The position numbers and the translations under genes are program-made. Positions 53,565-64,000 of a stretch of 64,000 nucleotides of DNA are shown here, piece after piece. The notes beneath the pieces are model-generated. The model saw only the letters and a program-made list of their open reading frames with translations. It was not told the origin of the DNA and made no database searches. The DNA lies in contig OX597814.1 in assembly GCA_951406725.2 (NCBI GenBank), positions 76,446,001-76,510,000 of the forward strand, written 5' to 3'. The DNA is from Octopus vulgaris (Eukaryota). Position 1 is the stretch's first letter; every line of letters begins with the position of its first letter.

Positions 53565-53959
53565 GTTTCAAATTTTAGCACAAGGCCAACAATTTTGGGG
53601 GAAAGGTTAAGTCGATTACATTGATGCCAGTGTTCAGCTGGTACTTATTTATCGACCCTGAAAGGAGGAAAGGCAAAGATGATCCTAGCAGCATTTGAAT
53701 TCAGAATGTAAAGTTGGAAGACATGCTGCTAAGTATTTTTTCTAACACAGTATCAATTCTGCCAGCTCACCACTTTAACAACAACAATAATAATAATAAT
53801 TTCTTTTATTGTTCACAAAAGTCCAAGACATGGAGGACAATATTAAAGGACAAAATACAACACACAAAACAAATCGAGTTTACATCAATTGAGCGGAGAC
53901 ACTACAACATTAAAGGATATAATGAAGGATATATAAAGAGAAGTTAGAGAAATTAATTA

Positions 53960-55860
53960 TTAGACTGGGTGCAGTGTTTTTGAGGTTATTCACCTTGGTG
54001 TCCACAAATTTTTGGGATCTAGTGATTATGTCTGTAGTTTCACCCACTCTCCCTCTTTTTCTTTTTTGAGGGTTGCTCGATGGTCACCCACTTGGATGTT
54101 TTTGCCTTATCTGAGGGCCCTTCACTTATCTGAGAAGACTATAGGATTTCTGTTTGCCTTTTTTTTCTATCTGCTCCTATGTTTGCCATAGTTGCAGCTG
54201 CTTTCCTCTTTGGGACTGCAATGGATTTGGCATTGGAAATAGTGGTGCAGAAAGCTTTTAGGTGATTGGTTTTGCCACAAATATAATATCTGGGTTTCCT
54301 ACCCTCCACAACCACCCACATCTGCTCACACTCTCTGAATTCAAAAAAAAAAAGGAATAACATGAACTTCTGGAGCAAGCAAAACTTGGAACTCCATTGA
54401 CACTCCTGTTCTGTTTTGCTGAGCACTTGTTTTCATGCTTATTATTTCCCTGTGCTCCTCTAGCATGGCCATTACTCTCACCTGGTCCCTATAAGGAGGT
54501 ACATTTGAGACCCTGGCCTTAGTCACATAATGTCCCATGAAAAAAGAGAGCATCAGGAACTGATCAGAGGAGCAGGTCATTGTAGCTATCTTGTGTGCTT
54601 CTACTTTGTTGCTGCTGATAGCTATCACAGTCCTATATTGCCTTCCTTGGCAGCTATAAACTATGGACAGCCATACTTCTTCCAGATATATTTATATTTC
54701 AGCTGAGGAAGGGAATTGTGGCTTTCTTTCCGTGCAATTAATCATCATCATCATTTGATGTTTGTTTTCCATGCTAGCATGTGTTGGATGGTTAAACTGG
54801 ACTAGTAAGGCCAGGGGTCACACCATTGTCTGTTCTAGCATGTTTTCTACAGCTTGAAGCCTTTCCTAATGTCAATTACTCCACAGTGTACTTGCTGCTT
54901 TTCATGTGGCATCAACACCCGTGCTTTTAATGTGGAATCAGCCTGAATGCTTTTTATGTAACACCAGCACTGTTATCAGTTCTGCTATGGTGGATGGGTC
55001 ATCTTGAATACAACATGTCACATATCTTGGTCCTTTGTCATTTCCTTCATAGGATTCAGTGTCTTGAGATCAGCCTTCAATACTTTGTCTCATGTCTTCC
55101 TGGGTCTCCTTCTTCAATAAGTTCCATCTTTTTTAGGTGCAAATCGTTTCCTCTTCTAAGGGAGCCATGACGCTGGGTCAACTAATAATCTTTCTGATAT
55201 TTTTTAATGACCCCTGCTTTCCCTTGCAAGGAATGGGGATTCACTTATTTGTAATATTTGCAAAGGAAATGTTTCCTTCGAGTGTGTTTTATTATTACTA
55301 TCTTGGTAAAAAGCTTTACTCTTGTCTTCCTTGTTGATGCTGTTGTAGCAGTCAGCACTATTGTTGTTACTGCTGCTGATGGTTAAACTATTATAGTTGT
55401 TCTTGTTGCTGGTTTCATTACTATTATTATTGTTGGTTTTGTTACTTAGTTTATTACTGTTGTTATTAGAGTTATCACAAGTTATGCTGGTGTTAGTGTT
55501 TTTTTTGCTGTTGATGTTGTTGTTGGTGATGGTGTTGATGGTGGTGTTATTGTTCACATGTTTTGTGTTAATATCAGGAGAGTGGCATAGTTGACGACTA
55601 CAACTAAGGTTGTTTGAGCACATGGAAGCTAATGCATTTTCTCCTACGACCATCCCTCTATTTAAACTTATGCTGGCTATCTTGTAAAAATATTGGTTGA
55701 AAATACATATTGAAAATGTTTTCAGAACAGGCAGAAGGCTTGTTTCATGGCTGAAATGACATAAGACATTTCCAGAGGACACCTGGATACATCTGCAAAA
55801 CCACAGTTACAATTTGAGCAACTGAGAAAGGCAAGAGAAAAGCAAAATTAGAGAAATTTC
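53960..55860 (-). mobile_element. L1/Tx1-like ORF1 (gag-like) remnant with an Asn-rich segment, interrupted by an RTE 3' fragment (~54740-55130)
   Basis: VTKARVSNVPP and VVVEGRKPRYYICGKTNHLKAFC (degenerate CCHC knuckle) in ORFs 54341-54628 and 54139-54426. Confidence 0.5.
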
Positions 55861-56331
55861 AGCAGTGATGATTCATGCTTGGATTCCATGTGTGCTGCCT
55901 ACCACAGATTTGCTTGTCAAATGCTTGACCATAACCAGTTGAGCATGTCCCTTAGTAGCTGATGATATGTGTATCTCTGATTATGAGCAGGAGTGGTGAA
56001 GGAACATCAAAGCCGTCTGTTGAGAGAAATTCTTTGTGGTTCAAATAATTCACCTCTGGAAACATGAGTGTTTCATTCATCATCCTTAAACAAACCTTAT
56101 TTAGGGACCTTTTGAGTGAGATGAGCTACTCTATCTGAAGAAAATTCTAACTGGGTCCCACTTGCAAAGTCATGTACTGTTTATCTTGATATGAGATCAC
56201 CATATTCACATATGGTTGTGATGCATATGCTTGGTGTAACCCTTATCAGACGGGTAGTCATGATGGGTATATTGGGTTTTGTAAATTTGTGCCCCAGTGT
56301 CACTTTGATGGCATGCATTGCTCTCTCACTC

Positions 56332-56374
<43 letters not shown>

Positions 56375-56375
<1 letters not shown>

Positions 56376-58523
56376 TGCATGATTAGCTGTGCAACTCAAC
56401 ACCTTGTTAAATGCCAACCACGTAACACCAGAGTGGTTGGCATTGGGTAGGACAGTGCTGTGCTTGAAAAACATTGAAAAAGGCAATATGGTAGACAATT
56501 ACAGGCCGATATCCTGTTTGCCGCTTATGTGGAAATTATTAGCTGGAATACTTGCAGAGTCAATGTACGAACATCTGGAAAAAAATGGAGTGCTGCCACA
56601 TGAGTAGAAGGTTGCAAGTGTAAGTGCAGAGGTACCAAAGATCAACTCCTGATAGACAAAACTGTACTTAGAGACTGCAAGAGGAGGAAAAGTAACTTAG
56701 CCATGTCATGGATCAACTATCGTAAGGTGTATGATATGATCCCACATTCTTGGATTATGGAATGTATGAACCTATTTGGTATTGTATCAAATGTTGAGCG
56801 ATTGCTTGGAAAAAGTATGGCAAATTGGAGGACGGACCTGACAGCATGTGGAAGAAGTTTAGGGACAGTAGAAATCAGAAGGGGTATTGTCCAAGGGGAC
56901 TGCCTGTCCCCACTGATCTTTGTACTGTGCTTGATACCACTAACACTGATTCTGTGGAAAACAAAAGCTGGGTATGTATTCAAAAGCAGCCAACAAAAAG
57001 TCAACCATTTGTTATTCATGGATGACCTCAAACTTTATGGTAAAGATGAATCCCAAGTCAGTTCCCTCGTTGATACGGAGTATATTTTCAGTGCTGATAT
57101 CAGAATGGAGTTTGGACTGAGAAAGTGTGGTATATTAGTCTTGAAGAGAGGCAAAATCAAATGTATGCACTAACTAATAATACAATCAGGAAAGGTTATG
57201 AAGCAGATAGAAGAGATGGGCTATAAGTAGTTGGGGATTTTGGAAATGGATAAATTGATGGAGAAGAAAATGACAGAAAAATTTAAGGTGGAATACTTGC
57301 ACAGACTGAGACCTACCCTTAAGTCGAAATTAAATAGACAGAATAAGATTGAAGCTATCAACACCAGGGTGGTTTCACTCCTTAGATATGGAGCAGGGGT
57401 AATCGCCTGGACAGTAGATGAAGTAAACAGCTTAGACAGAAGGATAAGGAAGTTGCTAACTAGAAATGGGATACTCCACCCAAAAAGTGACACAGACAGA
57501 CTGTATGTACCAAGAAAAAGAGGAAGAAGAGGACTTATTGGATGCAAACACAGCATTAGAGCAGAAGAAAACAACATAGCACGGTATGTAAAAAATGCCA
57601 CAGAACTGCTATTATTAGAATTAAGAAGGTCAGGCTTGTATAGGATGAAAGATTGCAAAGATAAAGTACTATACAAGCAATTGAAAACGAATGAAACTGA
57701 AAATAGGTAGAAAAAGAAAAGAATGCATGGACAATTTCATAGAGATGATGAAGATAAGACAGACAGGGAAAAAAGATGGCTGTGGATGACTAAAAGTGAT
57801 TTAAAACTGGAAGCAGAGGCTCTAATTTGTGTTGCCTAAGAGCAAGCACTAAGAACAAATTACATAAAATACAGAATAGACAGCACATCAGAAAGTGATA
57901 AGTGCAGAATTTGTGGACAAAATGGTGAAAGCGTATGGCATACAACCAGTCAATGTATGCCACTAGCCCAGAAGGAATATAAGTGATGCCACGACAATAT
58001 AACATGGCTTGTCCATTGGACACTTTGCAACAAGTATGGACTTGACAGAGCAAAATATTGGTATGGCCATAAACCCGAAGGCATCATCGAAAATAATAAT
58101 GTGGGATTTTATGATTCAGCGTGACCATGAGATAGAGAACAGGAAGCTAGACATAGTCTTAATTGAGAAAGAAAGCAAACTATGCTGAACCATTGATATA
58201 GCATGCCCAGCTGACAACAAGGTATGCGATAGAAAAGTCAATAGATATGACAGGATAGCTTGGGAGGTTAAGCAGTTGTGGTCAATGAAAAAGGTGGTAG
58301 TAGTAGCAATAATTGTCGGAGCCCTGGGAACAGAGAATAAAAATCTTAAGAAGTACATGGAACAAATAGGGGCTGCAATAAGGGTGGAGCACTTACAGAA
58401 AACAGCACTGCAGAAAACAATACTCTTGAAGGTGCTTGAAAAATAAGGGGTGTTACCTTAGTTCACTGGTAGTGAACAGCTGACACCATAGTACATCTCT
58501 TATGTTAGAAGCTGTGCAAAGGC

Positions 58524-58525
<2 letters not shown>
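56375..58525 (+). mobile_element. R4/Dong-like retrotransposon (RT through RLE), 5'-truncated
   Basis: [83 protein letters not shown]; flanked by (TAA)n. Confidence 0.92.
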
Positions 58526-58567
<42 letters not shown>

Positions 58568-58568
<1 letters not shown>

Positions 58569-58990
58569 CTGTCAAGATCTACCCAAAACTGAGCAAATAT
58601 AAAGACCATGAAATAGAAATCAACAAAATGTGGAACCTGAAGACTAAAACAATACCTGTTGTCATAGGTACCCTAGGAATGATAGCAAAAGGTGCTGATT
58701 GCTACCTGACTCAGATACCAGGAAACCCCAAAATGGCAGAAATTCAAAAGATAGTGCTCATGGGAACTGCTCATATCCTATGCAAAATACTTTCTATGTA
58801 ACCTCAAGTTTTAAAAGAAACATAATTTTCTTATGGTTTTTTAAACATTCACTAGTACAACACAAAGTACAAAACCAAATATGTGGCACCCTAGGCATAA
58901 CACCAACATCAACTTCCAACTTGTTGTCTCTTAAGGTCTCTGAGTGAGACTTGGAGCCAACTTATATAAATGTAAAGCAAAAGTTAAACA
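58568..58990 (+). mobile_element. R4/Dong-like 3' end (second family)
   Basis: KLSKYKDHEIEINKMWNLKTKTIPVVIGTLG...IQKIVLMGTAHIL, related to 7576-7815; preceded by (TAA)n, followed by (CAA)n(TAA)n. Confidence 0.8.
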
Positions 58991-59024
58991 TATAACAACA
59001 ACAACAACAACAACAACAATAATA

Positions 59025-59780
59025 ATAGAGATAGAAACAGAAGCACTTATAAGTGCAGCACAAGAGCAAGCATTGAGGATAAACTATGTGAAGTGCAGAA
59101 TTGATAAACAACTGAGAGTGATAAATGCAGAATGTGTGGTGTGAGGGGTGGAACAGTGAGGCACATTGTTTGTGAATGCCTGAAATTGGCACAATGTAAA
59201 TATGAAAGATATGACAATGTGGCAAGAATGATCCATTGAGAGCTCTGTGGAAATCATGGTCTAGAAAGATTAAAGGCATGGTATGACCAAATCCCAGAAG
59301 GAGTTACTGAGGATGAAGATTACAAAATCCTGTGGGATGCAATGATCCTGTATGATCATCAGCCTAGTCATCAGAAGCCTGACATTGTTGTGGTAAACAA
59401 AAAAGAAACAACTTGCAGAGTAAGTGACATAGCATGTCCCAGTGACAACAGGATCAAAGAGAAAGAAGAAAACTGAACAACTATGACAATCAGAAGTGGG
59501 AAAAGGGCAGGTTGTGAACAATGAAGAAAGTGGACGTGGTAACAGTAGTGATTGGTGGGCTTGGAAGTATCACCACTCAGCTACCAGCATGGCTCTAAAA
59601 GATCGGTACAAATGTAAAGATAGAACACCTACAAAAATCATCATTGCATGGAACTGCAAGAGTTCTCTGCAGGGTTCTTGAAGCTTGGCCAGTAAACAAA
59701 TGTCACCTTAGTCTGCTGACTGTGGGCTGCTGATACTTTCCGTCATACCTAGCAAAACAAGCTGAAAGCTTTCATGAAAT
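59025..59780 (+). mobile_element. R4/Dong-like 3' part (third copy in the tandem cluster)
   Basis: ETEALISAAQEQALRINY, CRMCG..HIVCEC, KILWD, KPDIVV, DIACP; (TAA)n tail at ~59779. Confidence 0.82.
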
Positions 59781-60437
59781 AATAATAATAATAATAATAA
59801 TAATCCTTTCTACTATAGGTACAAATCCTGAACTTTATGGGGAGTGGGATGGTCGATTACATCAACCCCTCGACTCTAAAAGAATGAAAAGCAAATTTGA
59901 CCTTGGTGGAATTTGAACTCAGAATATAGTGGCAGAAGAAATACTGCTATAGTGGCAGAAGAAATATTAGCCCGGTGTACTAATGATTCTGCCAGCTTTA
60001 TCATTATTATTATTATTATTATCATTATAATAATAATAATGATAATAATTACAATTAAAATAATAATAATCTTACACATAATAAAATGGAATGTGTGTCC
60101 TGTTGGTCATGCTAGAGGAAAAGAAAAGTAAGACAACAAAAGAATTGGAAGTGGGTGACAGTCAGACACTGAAAGGCAGGTGAGCAGCATTGAAAGGTTT
60201 TGCTTTGAAGATGCTGATATCTTAATAAATATAAAACTGCAAATTTTTATCCTAAATTGTATTTACTTCATCAGTTTCATGTACGTGCTCACTCACACAC
60301 ACACAGACATGAACATGCACACAGACACACATACACACACACAAACATATATATGAAATTAAATATTAAACACTTTTGTTTTCAAAATATCATTCACGTA
60401 ACATATATAAATGTTAACAATAATATATATATATATA

Positions 60438-62171
60438 CTAGTAGTATCGCCCGGCGTTGCTCGGGTTTGTAAGGGAAATAACTATATAAGCATTTTTAGA
60501 GAGTTATAGCCAAAAATTAGCAAAAAATGCATTAAAGATTGAAAAAAAATCAAGGTAAATTTTTTTTTAAATCGTTGACACATCGTAGATATTTTTAGAG
60601 AGTTACTTCCCTTATATAAAAGCGAAAAAAATGCATTAAAATGGAAAAATATGATGGTAAATTTTTTTTAAATCGTAGACTCATCGTAGACGTGCGCTAA
60701 TACCCAGAAGGGCTCGATATGAATCACGACTATAAGATACCCGCTTTTGGTTAAACTGCACCGCAAAATGTGGGAGTAGTTACGAATCTAAATCGAAGGG
60801 GACAGACACACAACTTCACTCTTATATAAAGATGCTTTTTTTTTTCAGTGATAGAGTTAGATTTATGAAGGTCTTCAGTAGAAAATCCTTCGAATTCTGA
60901 CTCGCTGCTTGATATAATGAAATTCGTATCCATTTTTTGTCAGAATTACAAATTTTGAAAACACAATAGGAACAAATTTCGGAAAAAAATCTCCCATAAT
61001 TCACGGAATTAAAATTACACTTCGATTTTTGTACAAAACTGTATTTGAAGTGTTTACGAAGTATAATACGTGTTTTCACGAATGTACTAAAGAGATTTAC
61101 TCTGATATTCTCATTTAAATATGAATAGGTAAATTCGGGCGGTTTGGTAACGAAAGGGTTTATATAAGTGTCGTCTGTTTATACATAAACACTGTTATTT
61201 AAATATGAATAGGTAAATTCGGGCGGTTTGGTAATGAAAGGGTTTATATAAGTGTCGTCTGTTTATACATAAACACTGTTATTTAAATATGAATAGGTAA
61301 ATTCGGGCGGTTTGGTAATGAAAGGGTTTATATAAGTGTCGTCTGTTTATACATAAACACTGTTTCATACTTTCAGTTTAGTCTTCCTCAAATCACTCTG
61401 TCGCTAATTTACTCTCTTCCAAGAACATTTTCACTCACTCTTATCTGTTAGCTTCCATACATTTTACTCATGTATCTATCAGCGTGATAGAGAGAAACAA
61501 ATATTACATCTAGTTTCACTTTATTCGTTGCCCACTGTGTGTGTGCGTTTGCGTGTGGTGTAAACCAGACTAAGAAAAGCATTTGACACACACACCAGAA
61601 TGTGAGTTTTCTGTAAATTTTGCTTAATTGGAGTTTAAATTTTAAAAACTGGACCTGGCATGACGCGATGCATTCTACTCTTTAAAATGCTAGGTAAATT
61701 GTAATTGAAGAAATCCTATATTGTAGATTTGTATAACTCCCAAAGGGAGGCAGATGAAATCTGCCTTTTATAATAAGACTAGCAGTATCGCCCGGCGTTG
61801 CTCGGTTTGTAAGGGAAATAATTATATAAGCATTTTTAGAGATGTAAAGTATAATAGCCATCTCAATATGGCTAACCACAAAGGGGGAGGGGTGTTACTG
61901 TAGCTTTTTACGTTCTGAGATTTAATAATAAATTTTAGAGAGTTACTTCCCTTATATATGTCAAAAATGGATTAAAAATGGGAAAAATTTGATGGTAATT
62001 TTTTTTAAATCGTAGACTCATCGTAGACGCGCGCTAATACCCAGACGGTCTCGATATGAATCACGACTATAAGATACCCGGTTTTGGTTAAACTGCACCG
62101 CAAAATGTGGGAGTAGTTAGGAATCTAAATCGTAGGAGACAGACACACAACCTCACTTTTATATATAAAGA
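60438..62171 (-). mobile_element. Composite/tandem Helitron array (units 60438-60832, 60833-61778, 61779-62171)
   Basis: 3' ends (hairpin + CTAG) at 60438 and 61779; TC 5' ends at 60832, 61778 and 62171; direct CTAG|TC junction at 61779/61778. Confidence 0.82.
61113..61364. repeat. 3 x 84-bp tandem repeat inside a Helitron
   Basis: Units start at 61113, 61197 and 61281 (ATTTAAATATGAATAGGTAAATTCGGGCGG...AAACACTGTT); nearly identical. Confidence 0.92.
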
Positions 62172-62335
62172 TTTCCTCTATTTACATAATATTGAGGTCT
62201 CTTTCTTTCTTTTGTTATCTTACTGTTTTTACCAATATACATATATATATATATATATAAATATATATATAGTTACAGAGATGTACTTGCATAGCAAGTG
62301 ACTTGATCTGAGATCGTGTGCTGGAACGAAAACAG

Positions 62336-62594
62336 TTGCAGCGTTGAAGGTGTTTATAAGCCATTTAAGAAACACACAAAAACCGTTAGATTCACTTCAA
62401 CATTTAAATTAAATTTGTCAAAATATTTTCGTCGCTTTGAGACTGCGACCTGTTAGCACGATATTTTTGTCAGTGAACAGGTCGCGGTCTCAAAGCGACG
62501 AAAATATTTTGGCAAATTAAATTTAAATGTTGAAGTGAATGTAACGGTTTTTGTGTGTTTCTTAAATGGCTTACAAACACCTTCCACGCTGCAA
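62336..62594. mobile_element. ~119-bp inverted repeat (probable PLE pseudo-LTR pair) flanked by (TA)n
   Basis: 62336-62454 vs 62476-62594 are reverse complements with few mismatches and a ~21-nt spacer. Confidence 0.8.
62466..62516 (+). ncRNA. Type I hammerhead ribozyme candidate with variant G3:C8 core
   Basis: Stem I TTTGTCA/TG(G/A)CAAA; core GTGAACA 62473-79; extra G; stem II GTCGC/GCGAC; GAAA 62500-03; palindromic AAAATATTTT stem III. Confidence 0.55.
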
Positions 62595-63314
62595 TATATA
62601 TATACACATATATATATATATATATGTATGTATGTATGTATGTGTGTATATGTGTATGCATGTATGTGTGTGTGTGTGCGTGTCTGTGCTTGTGATTGTC
62701 CTCCACCACTGCTTGACAACGAATGTTGGTTTGTTTACATCCCTGTCACCTAGTGGTTTGACAAAGGAAACAGATAGAATAAGTACAATGCTTACAAAAA
62801 TAAAACTGGAGTTGATTCATTAAACTACAATTCTTCAAGGCATTGCCCCATCATGGCCACAGAGCAATGGCTGGAAAAAGCAGAAGAATAAAAGAATTGA
62901 GGGGGACCTCTACATGGTAGCTAGACCTGGTAGAAATAGCAGCCAAATTTCCCCAAAATCACACCTTACTGTCTTATCTATGTATATATGTATGTATGAG
63001 CCTATGAGGGAGACCCCTACATGGCAGCTAGACATGGTAGAAATAGCAGCCAAATCTCCCTCAAATCACATCTTACTGTCTTATCTTTCTGCTACTTGGA
63101 TATAGGTGTTATATTCGTCTAAAAAAACTTTCCTGTCACACACTCACGCACACGCACACACACACACACACACGCACCGTCACACACACACACACGCGCA
63201 CACACACACACACGCACGTTAGCTTACAATTTTATTTATATATTTGCGTGTGTATGTGTGGAAAGAGGAAGTGGGAGGCAGAGTGAAAGAATCACTCACC
63301 ACAGTAAGTGAATT

Positions 63315-63578
63315 AGTTTCATTTTATTCGTTGCCCACTGTGTGTGTGCGTTTGCGTGTGGTGTAAACCAGACTAAGAAAAGCATTTGATACACACACCA
63401 GAATGTGAGTTTTCTGTAAATTTTGCTTAATTGGAGTTTAAATTTTAAAAACTGGACCTGGCATGACGCGATGCATTGTACTCTTAAAAATGCCAGGTAA
63501 ATTGTAATTGAAGAAATCCTATATTGTAGATTTGTATAACTCCCAAAGGGAGGCAGATAAAATCTGCCTTTTATAATA

Positions 63579-63642
<64 letters not shown>

Positions 63643-63990
63643 TATTATAAAAGGCAGATTTTATTGTAGATTTGTATAACTCCCAAAGGGAGGCAGATAA
63701 AATCTGCCTTTTATAATAAGACTAGCAGTATCGCCCGGCGTTGCTCGGCTTTGTAAGGGAAATAACTATATAAGCATTTTTAGAGAGTTATAGCCAAAAA
63801 GTAGCAAAAAAATGCATTAAAAATTGAAAAAAAATTAAGGTAAATTTTTCTTTAAATCGTTGACACATCGTAGATATTTTTAGAGAGTTACTTCCCTTAT
63901 ATAAAAGCGAAAAAAATGCATTAAAATGGAAAAATATGATGGTAATTTTTTTTTAAATCGTAGACGCGCTAATACCCAGAAGGGCTCGTT
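63315..63990 (-). mobile_element. Second Helitron cluster: duplicated 5' ends around (TA)n and a head-to-tail junction
   Basis: 63315-63581 duplicates 61511-61778; (TA)n 63580-63640; inverted 5' end 63640-63664; ...ATAATAAGA|CTAGCAG junction at 63721/63722. Confidence 0.8.
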
Positions 63991-64000
63991 TGTTATTCTG

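Noticed and set aside
55204-55782. 192-aa Asn-rich ORF as a host gene
   Set aside because: Largely (AAC/AAT)n low complexity, no convincing splice sites; more likely part of the adjacent L1/Tx1-like remnant.
60865-60933. MDTNFIISSSESEFEGFSTEDL acidic motif reminiscent of transposase termini
   Set aside because: Too short, with no catalytic domain nearby; cannot support a gene call.
61113-61364. Regular repeats superficially like a CRISPR array
   Set aside because: Contiguous 84-bp tandem units without unique spacers, no cas genes, eukaryotic context.
62900-63090. ~105-bp-period tandem duplication (GCTAGAC.TGGTAGAAATAGCAGCCAAAT)
   Set aside because: Fragments of a common interspersed repeat also seen near 28.6 kb, 29.4 kb and 33.9 kb; no special structure.

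Overview
AT-rich, repeat-dense animal genomic DNA. The SINE, RTE and (TA)n/(TAA)n/(CAT)n repeat landscape strongly resembles an octopus (coleoid cephalopod) genome, which is an inference. One host gene is clear: a DGCR6/gonadal-protein-gdl homolog on +, with 4 coding exons (12841-12944, 22070-22230, 26690-26796, 34094-34303; 193 aa) and GT-AG introns in consistent phase. The rest is mostly mobile DNA: RTE LINEs, R4/Dong-like RLE retrotransposons sitting in (TAA)n tracts, L1/Tx1 and CR1 fragments, three mariner and one maT-like transposon, TTAA MITEs, non-autonomous Helitrons/Helentrons (with head-to-tail CTAG|TC junctions) and many tRNA-derived SINEs. The most striking unannotated signal is a set of five fold-back elements of different sequence plus one tandem dimer that carry type I hammerhead ribozyme motifs (CUGANGA...GAAA, mostly with palindromic stem III). 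Two of them enclose Penelope-type GIY-YIG endonuclease remnants. Two lie in DGCR6 intron 3 with a sense-strand ribozyme. One has a compensatory G3:C8 core swap (GUGAACA). All coordinates were read by eye, and repeat boundaries are approximate.
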